64,000 nucleotides of DNA, from the NCBI GenBank assembly GCA_038087875.1, contig CM075994.1, positions 8,558,001-8,622,000 on the forward strand, in the 5' to 3' direction. How positions within the stretch are numbered: position 1 is the stretch's first letter; each line of letters opens with the position of its first letter. The translations under genes were made by a program, and so were the position numbers. The notes under the pieces are model-generated. The model was not told the origin of the DNA, did not search any database, and worked only from the letters and a program-made list of their open reading frames with translations. Of the stretch, positions 51,631-62,599 are shown one piece after another. Origin of the DNA: Malacoraja senta. Lineage: Eukaryota.

Positions 51631-52439
51631 TTGTATCATCTGCAGACTTGTTAATCATGTTCCCATCCAAAATGTGGAGAAGATGTTTCCAGTAGAGAGA
51701 GAATCTAGAAAGAAAGTTGGAAACCATTTATGAATTGAAAAGACTTTCTTCTTGCACTCCGAGCAAGGTTTGCTGCAAGCCTGGATAGAGTGGATGTGGA
51801 GAGGATGTTTCCACTAGTGGGAAAGTCTAGGACCAGAGGGCACAGCCTCTGAATAAAAGGACGTACTTTTAGAAAGGAGATGAGGAGGAATTTCTTTAGT
51901 CAGACGATGGTGAATCTGTGGAACTCATTGCCACAGACGGCGCTGGAGGCTAAGACAATGGATATTGTTGAGGCAGAGATCGAAAGATTGTTGATTAGTG
52001 CGGGTGTCAGGGGTTGTAGGGAGAAGGCAGGAGAATGGGGTTAGGAGGGAGAGATCGTTCAGCCATGATTGAATGGCGGAGTAGACTTGATGGGCCGAAT
52101 GGGATAACTCTGCTCCTATCACTTATAAACTTATTCCCCATTGATTCTTGGTTACATTGGTCCCACAACTAGTGATGGGCGGCACGGTGGCGCAACGGTA
52201 GAGTTGCTGCCGCACAGCGCCGGAGACCCGGGTTCGATCCCGACTGCGGGTGCTGTCCGTATGGAGTTTGTACGTTCTCCCCGTGACCTGCGTGGGTTCC
52301 CTCCACGTGCTCCGGTTTCCTCCCACATCCCAAAGATGTGCGTAGGTTAATTGGCCCTCTGTAAAGTGCCCCTGGTGTGTAGGGAGTTGATGGGAAAGTG
52401 GGATAATGTGGAACTAGTGTGTGAACAGGTGTGACTCAC

Positions 52440-52529
52440 CTTCAGCACACTCACAAACGTCATCCTGGCACAGTTTGGACACCACGGTGCTCTGATCCGG
52501 AGCGTTGTAATACACAGTGCAACGGGACA
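52440..52529 (-). CDS. C4: Complement C4 internal exon (anchor region), 90 bp
   Basis: tttcag|(M)SRCTVYYNAPDQSTVVSKLCQDDVCECAE g|gtgagt; phase 1-1, splices in frame to 55023-55125; C..Y.AP......LC...VC.CAEG pattern of C4. Confidence 0.88.
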
Positions 52530-52551
52530 CTGAAACAGAACAGCCCGTTAG

Positions 52552-53335
52552 CACACTCACACCCAGCGGGGGGGGGGTCACTGTCACACTCACACCCAGC
52601 GGGGGGGGGGTCACTGTCACACTCACACCCAGCGGGGGAGGGGGGTCACTGTCACACTCACACCCAGAGGGGGGGGTCACTGTCACAATCACACCCAGCG
52701 GGGGGGGTCACTGTCACTGTCACACTCACACCCAGCTGGGGGGGTCACTGTCACACTCACACCCAGCGGGGGGGGGTCACTGTCACACTCACACCCAGCG
52801 GGGGGGGGGGGTCACTGTCACTGTCACACTCACACCCTGCTGGGGGGGGGGGGGTCACTGTCACACTCACACCCAGCGGGGGGGGGGGTCACTGTCACAA
52901 TCACACCCAGCGGGGGGGGGGTCACTGTCACAATCACACCCAGCAGGGGGGGGTCACTGTCACTGTCACAATCACACCCAGCGGGGGGGGGGTCACTGGC
53001 ACACTCACACCCAGCGGGGGGGGGGGGTCACTGTCACTGTCACAATCACACCCAGCGGGGGGGGGTCACTGGCACACTCACACCCAGCGGGGGGGTCACT
53101 GTCACACTCACACCCAGCGGGGGGGGGTCACTGTCACACTCACACCCAGCGGGGGGGGGTTCACTGTCACACTCACACCCAGCGGGGGGGGTCACTGTCA
53201 CTGTCACACTCACACCCAGCGGGGGGGGGGGGGTTCACTGTCACACTCACACCCAGCGGGGGGGGGGGTCACTGTCACACTCACACCCAGCGGGGGGGGG
53301 GGGTCACTGGCAAAATCACACCCAGCAGTGGGGTC
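52552..53335. repeat. G-run minisatellite (about 30-38-bp unit tcactgtcacactcacacccagc(g)n) in a C4 intron
   Basis: More than 20 tandem units differing in G-run length and in an optional cactgt duplication. Confidence 0.95.
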
Positions 53336-54504
53336 ATTGGCACTGGCACACTCACACACAGCGAGGGGTTCACTGGCACTGGCACTGGCACTCACACACA
53401 CTCACTCACTCACCAGCACTGACTCACACACTCATTCACCCACACAGACTCACTCACTCACACACTCACCCATACACACACAGTCACACTCAGCGGGGGG
53501 GCGGGGTCACTGTCACCGGCACACTCACACATACTCACACCGAGCGGGGATCAGTGTCACCGGCACTCACACCGAGCGGGGATCAGTGTCACCGGTACTC
53601 ACACACACACACACACACACACTCATACTCTCACACACACACTTAGAGAGTGGCGGGGTCAGTGTCACCGACACACTCACACACCCACATACTCATACAC
53701 ACACACACACACACACACACAGATACATACTCTCACTCACTCTCACACACACACACACACAGGATATGATGTTATTGAAACTGATGATCCTGGGGGGTGT
53801 GGATAGATTTTGAGATGTTTCCATCAGTGGTAGTGTCGTGAAGGAGACAACATTTTCACTAGGTCGTTTAATGCTATTTAGTTGTGTTGTTGCATTTAAA
53901 CATATCAGCGGCACGGTGGCGCAGAGTTGCTGCCTCACCGCGCCGGAGACCCGGGTACCATCCTGACCTCGGGTGATGTCTGTGTGGAGTTTGTACATTC
54001 ACCCCGTGACCTGCGTGGGTTTTCTCCGGGTACTCCGGTTTCCTCCCACACTCCAAAGACGTGCAGGTTTGTAGGTTAATTGGCTTTGGTAAAAATATAA
54101 ATTGTCTGTAGTGTGTGTGGGATAGTGTTATTGTGCGGGGATCACTGGTCGGCGCGGACTCGGTGGGCCGAAGGGCCTGTTTCCGTGCTGTAAACTAAAC
54201 TAAACATTTCATGAGCTTTGAGTTACATGTTGTTGAGCAGTTGGCTGTGAACCAATTGAACGGTTTATTCTTGCCTTAGTTCAGTTTAGTTTAGTTGGAG
54301 TGAAGCTGGGACATGTTGCCCAGTGTGGGCAAGTTGGGCGGTGGGGCCTGTTTCCACACTGTATCACTCCATGACTCTAACAAAATAGAGTTAAAAGACC
54401 TCGTGAAAATGTCCTCTCCACTGATGGAAACATCACAAAATCTATCCACTCACCCTGGGGTCATGTTTCAATAAGATCTGATTCTGATGACTGAATGTTT
54501 TGTG

Positions 54505-54870
54505 CATGTTTCTGTGTATGTCTGTGTGTGTGAGCATGTGAGTATGTGTCAGTGTGTGAGTTTGTTTTAGTGTGTGATTGTGTATCAGTGTGTGAGTGTG
54601 TCTATGTGTGTACTTGAGTGTGTGATTGTATGAGTGGATGAGTGTGTGTGAGTGTGTGTGCGTGAGTGAGCTGTGAGTGTGTGCAAGTGTGTGTGAGTGA
54701 GCGTGTGAATGAGTGAGGGTGTGAGTGAGTGTATGAGCGTGTGTGCATGAGTGAGCTGTGAGTGTGTCAGTGAGTGTGTGAGTGCATGTGCGAGTGAGTG
54801 TGTGAATGTGTGTGAGTGTGAGTGAACGTGTGAATGAGTGAGGGTGTGAGTGAGCGTGTGAGTGTGTGAT
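54505..54870. repeat. Degenerate (TG)/(GAGT) repeat
   Basis: Direct inspection. Confidence 0.9.
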
Positions 54871-55022
54871 CCTGTGAGGCAGCAACTCACCTGCAGCTTT
54901 TAAATGGTGTGGGTAAAGTAGCTGCAAAGCTGCATGCAGCAAGTGTAAATGTCATTGCTCTGAGCCCATTGCAAATGCCCATTGAATGAAGGAGACTCTT
55001 GATTCCAACCAGATATACTCAC

Positions 55023-55125
55023 TTGGGTTGTAGTAGTCATAAAGTGTGGCACTTGCAGGTTGGATTAACCCAATGGGAATCACCTGCTTTGCCCCAAATA
55101 TCACACATTCCTTGACTGTGGTGAC
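55023..55125 (-). CDS. C4: Complement C4 internal exon (gamma-chain/MG8 region), 103 bp
   Basis: ttgcag|[34 protein letters not shown] a|gtgagt; closely resembles the recalled human C4 segment [29 protein letters not shown]. Confidence 0.88.
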
Positions 55126-55129
55126 CTGC

Positions 55130-55490
55130 AAAATTAAAATAAAAATAAAAAAATTAAAATTAAAATCAAAATTAAAACCAAAATCAAAATCAAAATTTAG
55201 AAATAAAATTGAAATCTAAATTAAAATTAAACGTAAAATTAAAATCAATATTAAAATTTACAATTAAAATTAAAATTAAAATCAAAATTAGAATTTAAAT
55301 TAATATCAATATTAAAATCAAAATCAAAATTAAAACTGAAATTGAAATGAAATTTAAATTTAAAATTAGAATTAGAATTAACATTAAAACAAAAACAAAA
55401 ACAAAAATTAAAACAATAACTAAAACTAAAACTAAAATTAAATTAAAATTGAAATCAAAATTTAAATTAAACCCACGAAATTAGAATTTA
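55130..55490. repeat. AT-rich (aaaatt)n degenerate hexamer repeat forming the acceptor tract of the C4 exon
   Basis: Direct inspection. Confidence 0.9.
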
Positions 55491-55837
55491 CAACATGGGG
55501 TCAGTGTGGGCAAGTTAAGCCGAAGGGCCTGTTTCCACGCTCTCTGACTCTGGCTCTACGAGAGGCATTCATCGGGTAGACAGTCAGAATCTTTATTCCC
55601 AGGTGAAGCTGAGAAAGGCCAGAAGGCGTAGCTTTAAGGTGAGGGGGGAAGTTTCATGGAGAATTGCAGGGCAAGGTTTCTACGCAAGAGGATGGTGCTG
55701 GTGGTAACTGGGGAATTAATGCGGGGCGCAACTAATGGAAATTAACGGAGGGCATTTATAACTGGGAAATAGGGGAGGGCACTAGTAAATGGGGAATTAG
55801 GGGAGAGCACCAGTAAATTCCCCTAAATGGGGAATTA

Positions 55838-56516
55838 GACAATAGACAATAGGTGCAGGAATAAGGCTATCTTTAAGCGCCTTATCTAGCTCTCTTGAAA
55901 GTTTCCAGAGTACCAACGTTCACCGTCCTCTGAGGCAGATAATTCCACACTCATAAATCTCTTTGTGAGAAAGTATTTCCTCATCTCCATTCTAAATGCC
56001 TTACCCCTTATTCTTAAACAGTGGCGCCTGGTTCTGGACTCCCCCAACATCGGGAACATGTTTCCTGCCTCTAGCGTGTCCAAACCCTTAATAATCTTAT
56101 ATGTTTCAATAAGAACGCCTCTCATCCTTCTAAATTCCAGAGTATACAAGCCCAGCCGCTCCATTCTCTCAGCATATGACAGTCCCGCCATCCCGGTAAT
56201 TAACCTTGTGAACCTACACGCTGCACTCCCTCAATAGCAAGAATGTCCTGCCTCAAATTTGCACACAATACTCCAGGTGTGGTCTCACTAGGGCCCTGCA
56301 GAATGACCTTCTTGCTATAACTCTTGTTATGAAGGCCAACATGCCATTCGCTTTCTTCACTGCCTGCTTTACCTGCATGCTTACTTTCATTAACAGATGA
56401 GCAAGCACCCCCAGATCCCGTTGTATTTCCCCTTTTCCCAACTTGACACCATTTAGATAATAATCTTCCTTCCTGTTTTTGCCACCAAAGGTGATAACCT
56501 CACATTTATCCACATT
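55838..56516 (-). mobile_element. CR1 LINE 3' part (host of the DIRS insertion)
   Basis: DKCEVI.FGGKNRK..Y.LNG, GLYTLEFRRMRG; contiguous with 61256-62598 once the DIRS is removed. Confidence 0.92.
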
Positions 56517-56723
56517 TTACTTCGGAGTCACGTGAGTGACTACGTGAAGAAACCCGCCAGCCCGCATGCACGTCAATACGTCTAACGCATTGCGCACGAC
56601 TGGCTGGGAGGCGCGTCGCTCCTCCGGCGGTAAGTTTAAAAACCCTACAGGTAAGTTTTAAACTTATTCTGAGGTCGTATTTTGTTTGGTAAAATCTTGT
56701 TGCAGTCGCAAGTTCGAACTGTT

Positions 56724-57857
56724 ATGGAGAAATCCAGGGTGAAGTCGAGACGGGCTGCGGTGAAACCAGCTACGGACTGCAGGAGTGCAGGGGTAGCGAG
56801 CGGCCGTCGATTTCGCCATCCAGTGTCGCAGGCGGTGCGGCCAGCGACTTCAGACTTGGTGCCTGTCCAAAGCACCCTGGCAACCCCGAAAGGGAGGAAA
56901 GCCACGACAAAGTCTGACAGGCCTATTAACCTGGACGAGTCAGGCCAGGAGGATTCGCCTCCTACTATGGGTAGCGTCTTCGGGCGCTTATCCCGGATGG
57001 AGCACCCGATGGAAAGGATGCTCCATCGTGATATGCTCCGGGAAACTGAGTTATATCAGCACGGGTCTCCTCGGGGGTCCGCGGCAGCGCCTGGTTCAGG
57101 GCTGCACAATCGCTCCCTCTCTGAGGAGGGGAGCATACGGGGTCAGTTTTGGACTGACTCGGAATTCGGAGGTATGTCCGGGGAGCATACCGGATTGCAC
57201 GAGGTGCGTGAAGCAGAATTTCCTGCCATGGCATCAAAATTTACGATACCATTGCAAATAGGGGAGCCGCTGGATGAAGAACTAGCTGCGAGCATTAATT
57301 ACCTTGCACCGCACCAGCTCCAGGAACAGGTAATGGTGGAAACATCTACGAAGTACCGCACACCTGCAAATTGTGCTTCACTAAACATGCCGGCTGCGAA
57401 CAGCTCCATCTGGGAATACATCGGAGGGGGCATCAAAGCCCAAGAGATGAAGCTCCAGAGAATCCTGAATTTGCTGGCTTCAGGCATTACGGCGTTTGCC
57501 AGGTCTGTGGATGGGGGTCCCTTGTCGGATGTACAACAGGATGCCCTGGCATTAATGTGCAACGCACATTTTGAAATTAACTGTTTTCGTAAGAATGCCA
57601 TCCGACCTGCCCTGAACCCCAAGTTTGCGGGATTGTGCAGGGCCAGCAATGTACAGCCGCCGAATCTTCTGTTCGGAGAAGATCTGCCGAAACAGGTCAA
57701 GGACCTGGACGAAGAAGCGGAAGCTGTTGGGCTCCATCAACTAGCAAAGCTTCATCATGCCGGCGGCAGCACCCCTACGCTTCCAGCAGCAGCAAGTGGT
57801 TCGCTGAAGCTGGTAGCAGCTCGAATGCCGAAAACTCTGGGTAGAGGTCTTTTTTAG
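56724..57857 (+). CDS. DIRS ORF1 (gag-like)
   Basis: Long ORF after the left terminus; P.NC..L..P..N..IW, RK.AIRP.LN..F..LC, LLFGEDL motifs as seen in DIRS ORF1 proteins; probable frameshift near the 3' end. Confidence 0.75.
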   Translation: MEKSRVKSRRAAVKPATDCRSAGVASGRRFRHPVSQAVRPATSDLVPVQSTLATPKGRKATTKSDRPINLDESGQEDSPPTMGSVFGRLSRMEHPMERMLHRDMLRETELYQHGSPRGSAAAPGSGLHNRSLSEEGSIRGQFWTDSEFGGMSGEHTGLHEVREAEFPAMASKFTIPLQIGEPLDEELAASINYLAPHQLQEQVMVETSTKYRTPANCASLNMPAANSSIWEYIGGGIKAQEMKLQRILNLLASGITAFARSVDGGPLSDVQQDALALMCNAHFEINCFRKNAIRPALNPKFAGLCRASNVQPPNLLFGEDLPKQVKDLDEEAEAVGLHQLAKLHHAGGSTPTLPAAASGSLKLVAARMPKTLGRGLF

Positions 57858-58008
57858 GCCAAGGCCCAAGCCGACCCTCGTCAAAGATGCGCAGTTCGCG
57901 CACTCCATCAGCCCTACCCCACAAACCTCGGGGGCGGAAATAGACACCATAAATCCACCGGTAACCATACAGGTAGGTGGGTCTGGTTCTTTCCGGAACA
58001 TAGGGTGT

Positions 58009-59842
58009 GTGGATCAGTTACAAGTTGGTGGGAGATTACACATATTTTTGAATGAATTACGTTGGATAACATCAGATCTGTTTATACTGCACAGTATACA
58101 AGGGATCCAAATTGAATTCAATTCATTGCCGCCCACACAGCATACGCCAAACCGGACATTTGTTCATTCAAAACAGGAAGGTTTGGATGTACAAGCTGAA
58201 ATTCAAAAAATTATATACAAAAGGGGTAATTGAGAAGTCGAGTCATGAACCTCACCAATTTGTTTCTAATATATTTACAAGACAAAAGAAAGATGGAGGA
58301 TGCCGAATCATCCTTGATTTGACTCGACTCAACTCCTTTGTGCAGTATAGACATTTCAAAAATGGAAAACTTTGTTACTGCCAAACATATGGCATGCATC
58401 GATCTCAAAGATGCATACTATTCGGTACCCATTCACTGGGATCACCGGAGATATTTGAAATTTAGCTGGATGAGGCAACTGTGGCAGTTTAAAGCGTTGT
58501 CTAATGGGTTAACTTCAGCCCCCAGATTATTTACCAAATTATTGAAGCCAGTGCTTGGGCTACTTCGAGCTCAAAATCATATTGTTATGGCATACTTGGA
58601 TGATACCTAATCATAGGGGAAACCCTGGAATTGGCTAAATTATCTGTTTCAGCCACTAAACTGATGTTTGAGAGATTGGGGTTTCTCATCCATCCAGTTA
58701 AATCAATGTTGATACCATCTAGAGTTATTGAGTATTTGGGATTTACCATTAACTCTATTCACATGTCTGTGACTCTGCCTTGGGGCAAGAGATCAGAATT
58801 AATAGGAGCCTGTAACAATCTCGTTGTTATGGAGCAACCTTCTATTCGACAAGTAGCCAGTGTAATTGGCAAATTAGCGGCTGCTTTTCCAGCTGCACAG
58901 TTTGGGCCTTTGCATTATCAGCATTTACAACGTGCAAAGGAGCAAGCACTCAAATACCATGCAGGTCACTTTAACAGACCTATGCGATTGCCAGCTGAAG
59001 CCATTTCTGAGTTACAATGGTGGATGACCAATATTCGGCATTGCTCCAGTAACATTTTGGTCAGCAAACCTTCAGTTATTTTACAAACTGAAGCTAGTGC
59101 TACTAATACCATCTCTAGCTGCGGTGGCAGATGGAATGTGCATGAGTCATCAAGTCTTCAGTTACATGGTATCAACTATTTAGAGATGCTGGGAAGGCTT
59201 ATTGTGGGAATATGCATCATCTGCATGTTCAACTACAGATTGACAACACTACAGCGGTGGCATATATTAATCACATGGGTGGAATCAAGTCAGTATCCTG
59301 TGATAAATTGGCTAACCTTATTTGGCACTGGTGTATTGCAATAAACATTTGGATTTCAGCTACCTACTTGCCAGGTAGGTATAACATGATGGCGGACACC
59401 AGGTCACGAAAATGTAATGACAACACAGAATGGATGTTGGATCATAAAGTGCATAACGACATTGTCGCTCGGTATGGAACACCGGATATCTATTTGTTCG
59501 CATCTCGACTCAATCACCAGTTACCAAAGTATGTTGCATGAGAACCAGACCCAGGGGCAGTAGCAGTAGATGCATTCTCGCTACACTGGGGAGGAATGTT
59601 CTTTTATGCATTCCCTCCATTTTGCCTCATCAGTCGATGCTTGCAAAAGATCCAGCAAGACTCCGTCAGGCATTTTGGGAGTGCCTGACTGGCCTACACA
59701 GCCATGGTTCCCACTCATATTGGGAATGATAACAGAGCCTTTTATGGCTGTTCCCAAACACAGAAATCTGCTGGTTCACCCTGTGACTGGGGAGGACCAT
59801 CCACTGCATGATCGAATCAATTTGTTGATTTGCAGACTCTGA
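58009..59842 (+). pseudogene. DIRS pol (RT, RNase H, N6-adenine methyltransferase-like domain), frameshifted
   Basis: QVGGRL, KKDGGCRIILDL, IDLKDAYYSVPI, GLTSAPRLFTK, YLDD, INYLE, IDNTTAVAYINHMGG, D.YLFASRLN, AVDAF..W..YAFPPF, VPDWPTQPWFP. Confidence 0.9.
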
Positions 59843-60790
59843 GAAGACCTTTCCTGGGGCTCGGACTGTCTGAATGTACGGTGGACATGATCACTGCGGC
59901 CTGGAGAGATAGTACCAAGAAGCAGTACATCTCCTATATCAAGAAGTGGGAAGTGTTCTGTTTACAGTCCAACATAACGTATGACACGGCACGTATAACA
60001 GATGTTTTGGAATTCCTCTCTAAATTATTTTTTGACGAGGGATTCAGTTATCGTGCTATAAATAGTGCCAGAAGTGCCTTGTCGTCATACTTGTTGCTGG
60101 GATCGGGACATCACTCTGTCCGGTCTCACCCACTGATAGCCAGGTTTATGAAGGGTATCTTCAACTCAAATCCCCCCAAGCCCAGGTACTCAGAGATATG
60201 GGATGTTAACATTGTGCTGACGCTGCTTCGCCGGTGGGCTCCAGCTACATCCCTGTCCTTGGTCAAACTCACTAACAAAGTGGTTATGCTCATGGCGCTG
60301 GTTTCAGCGCAACGGGTCCAGTCGTTGCATAAGCTGCGACTGGACAGGATGGTTACATCTGCAGGCAAAATAACATTTTATGTTTATGACTTAGTCAAGC
60401 AGAGTACACCAGGGGCATCAGGTCCCAAACTAGATTTTTTGGCATACCCCATGGACCTTCGGTTGTGTGTGGTCACACATCTACAACAGTATGTTAAGGT
60501 CACTAAGAGCCTTAGAGGCTCTGAACTAGCAATGTTTGTTAGTTACAAAAAACCTCATAAGAAGGTATCAGTACAGACCATCTCCAGGGTTCTGGCTTGT
60601 GTGGGAGTGAACACTGACATTTTTAAATCTCACTCCACCAGGGCTGCAACAACATCAGCAGCGAGGGTTATGGACGTTCCGCTGGACCACGTGCAGGATG
60701 GTCAAGCGAGCGAACTTTCCAAACATTTTATAACAAACCCATTGTCAGACCGGGGGTGTTTGCCAACTCTATTTTAGGTTCTGTTTTATA
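59830..60790 (+). pseudogene. DIRS tyrosine recombinase with C-terminal frameshift
   Basis: ARSALS, HPLI.RF.KG, SAQRVQSL (R), VKQS (K), SHSTRAA (HxxR); the GW and catalytic-Y segment is shifted into another frame. Confidence 0.9.
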
Positions 60791-61255
60791 GTTTCCTCCC
60801 GGATGTGAGGGGTCACTATTACTATCATTTATTCACTAAAAAGCATCAGCATGTTTTAAATCTATGTCATGTCTGAATGCATTATTAATTTTCACTCATC
60901 TTTGGTCAACTAATGCAGTGTGCTGCATGGACTCTTGTTCACGGCATGAAATCACAGAGCTTTGAAATCTTCACGTAGTCACGGTGAAGTTTGATCTTTA
61001 TTTTATGAGGAGTTACGATGAGGGATTACGTGCCCTCCGCTCCCAACCCTCTCTCATAAAGGTCAGCTGGCAGTTTTAGTTTCTCGAATCTTCCTATATT
61101 CAGTTCAACAACTGTTATCTGTGATTTCACACCGCTGCTTTGAAGGTTGACGCGCATGCGGGCTGGCGGGCTTCTTCACGTAATCCCTCATCGTAACTCC
61201 TCATAACATAAAGATCAAACTTCAAACTGGTAAGTTCTCATTTAATCTTCCTATT

Positions 61256-62598
61256 AAACTGCATTTCCATGCATCTGCCCACTCATGCAACCTGTCCAAG
61301 TCACCCTGCATTCTCATCGCATCCTCCTCACAGTTCACACTGCCACCCAGCTTTGTGTCATCTGCAAATTTGCTAATGTTACTTGTAATCCCTTCATCTA
61401 AATCATTAATATATATTGTAAATACCTGCGGTCCCAGCACCAAGCCTTGCGGTACCCCACTAGTCACTGCCTGCCATTCTGAAAAGGATCCGTTAATCCC
61501 TACTCTTTGTTTCCTGTCTGCCAACCAATTTTCTATCCATGTCAGCACTCTATCCCCAATACCATGTGCCCTAATTTTTCCCACTAATCTCCTATGTGGG
61601 ACCTTATCAAATGCTTTCTGAATGTTCAGGTACACTACATCCACTGGCTCTCCCTTGTCCATTTTCCTAGTTACATCTTCAAAAAATTCCAGAAGATTAG
61701 TCAAGCATGGTTTCCCCTTCATAAATCCATGCTGACTCGCACCAATCCTGTTACTGCTATCCAAATGTGCCGCTATTTCATCTTTTATAATTGACTCCAG
61801 CATCTTCCCCACTACCGATGTCAGGCTAACTGGTCTATAATTCCCTGTTTTCTCTCTCCCGCCTTTCTTAAAAAGTGGGATAACATTAGCTATCCTCCAA
61901 TCCACAGGAATTGATCTTGAATCTATAGAACATTGGAAAATGATCGCCAATGTGTCCACGATTCATAGAGCCACTTCCTTAAGTACCCTGGGGTGCAGAC
62001 CATCAGGCCCTGGAGATTTATCAGCCTTCAGTCCCATCAGTCTACCCAACACCATTTCCTGCCTAATATGGATTTCCTTCAGTTCCTCCGTCAATCCAGA
62101 TCCTCTGGCCACTAGTACATCAGGATGATTGTTTGTGTCCTCCTTTGTGAAGACAGATCCAAAGTACCTGTTCAACTCATCTGCCATTTCCTCGTTCCCC
62201 ATAATAAATTCACCTTTTTTGGTCTTCAAGGGTCCAACTTTAGTCCTAACTAATATTTTCCTCTTCACATACCTAAAGAAGCTTTTACTATTCTCCTTTA
62301 TATTCTTGGCTAGCTTACCTAAAGAAGCTTTTACTATTCTCCTTTATATTCTTGGCTAGCTTACCTTCGTACCTCATCTTTTCTCCCCATATTATCTTTT
62401 TAGTTATCTTCCGTTGCCCTTTAAACGTTATCCAATCCTCTTGCTTCCCGCTCATCTTTGCTACGTTGTACTTCTCTTTAATTTTTCTACGGTCCCTGAC
62501 ATCCCTTGTCAGCCATGGTCGTCCCTTACCCCCTTGGAATCTTTCTTCCTCTTTGGAATGAACTGATCCTGCACCTTCTGTATTATTCCCAGAAATAC
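61256..62598 (-). mobile_element. CR1 LINE RT region (5' part of the DIRS host)
   Basis: NYRPVSLTSVVGK, GVPQG.VLGP, FADD. Confidence 0.93.
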
Positions 62599-62599
62599 A

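Larger units (their letters stand above)
56514..61255 (+). mobile_element. Full-length but mutated DIRS1-type retrotransposon (gag, RT/RNase H/methyltransferase, tyrosine recombinase)
   Basis: Inverted termini (tacgtgaagaaacccgccagcccgcatgc at ~56541-56569 vs gcatgcgggctggcgggcttcttcacgta at ~61154-61182), right-end extension, ICR ~60968-61032, no TSD, ATT core at both junctions. Confidence 0.95.

Noticed and set aside
52552..53335. cactgtc motif resembling a V(D)J RSS heptamer
   Set aside because: The reverse complement GACAGTG lacks the essential CAC, and no nonamer at 12/23 spacing was seen
52431..53813. 460-aa and 301-aa ORFs on the plus strand
   Set aside because: Translations of the minisatellite; low complexity and intronic to C4
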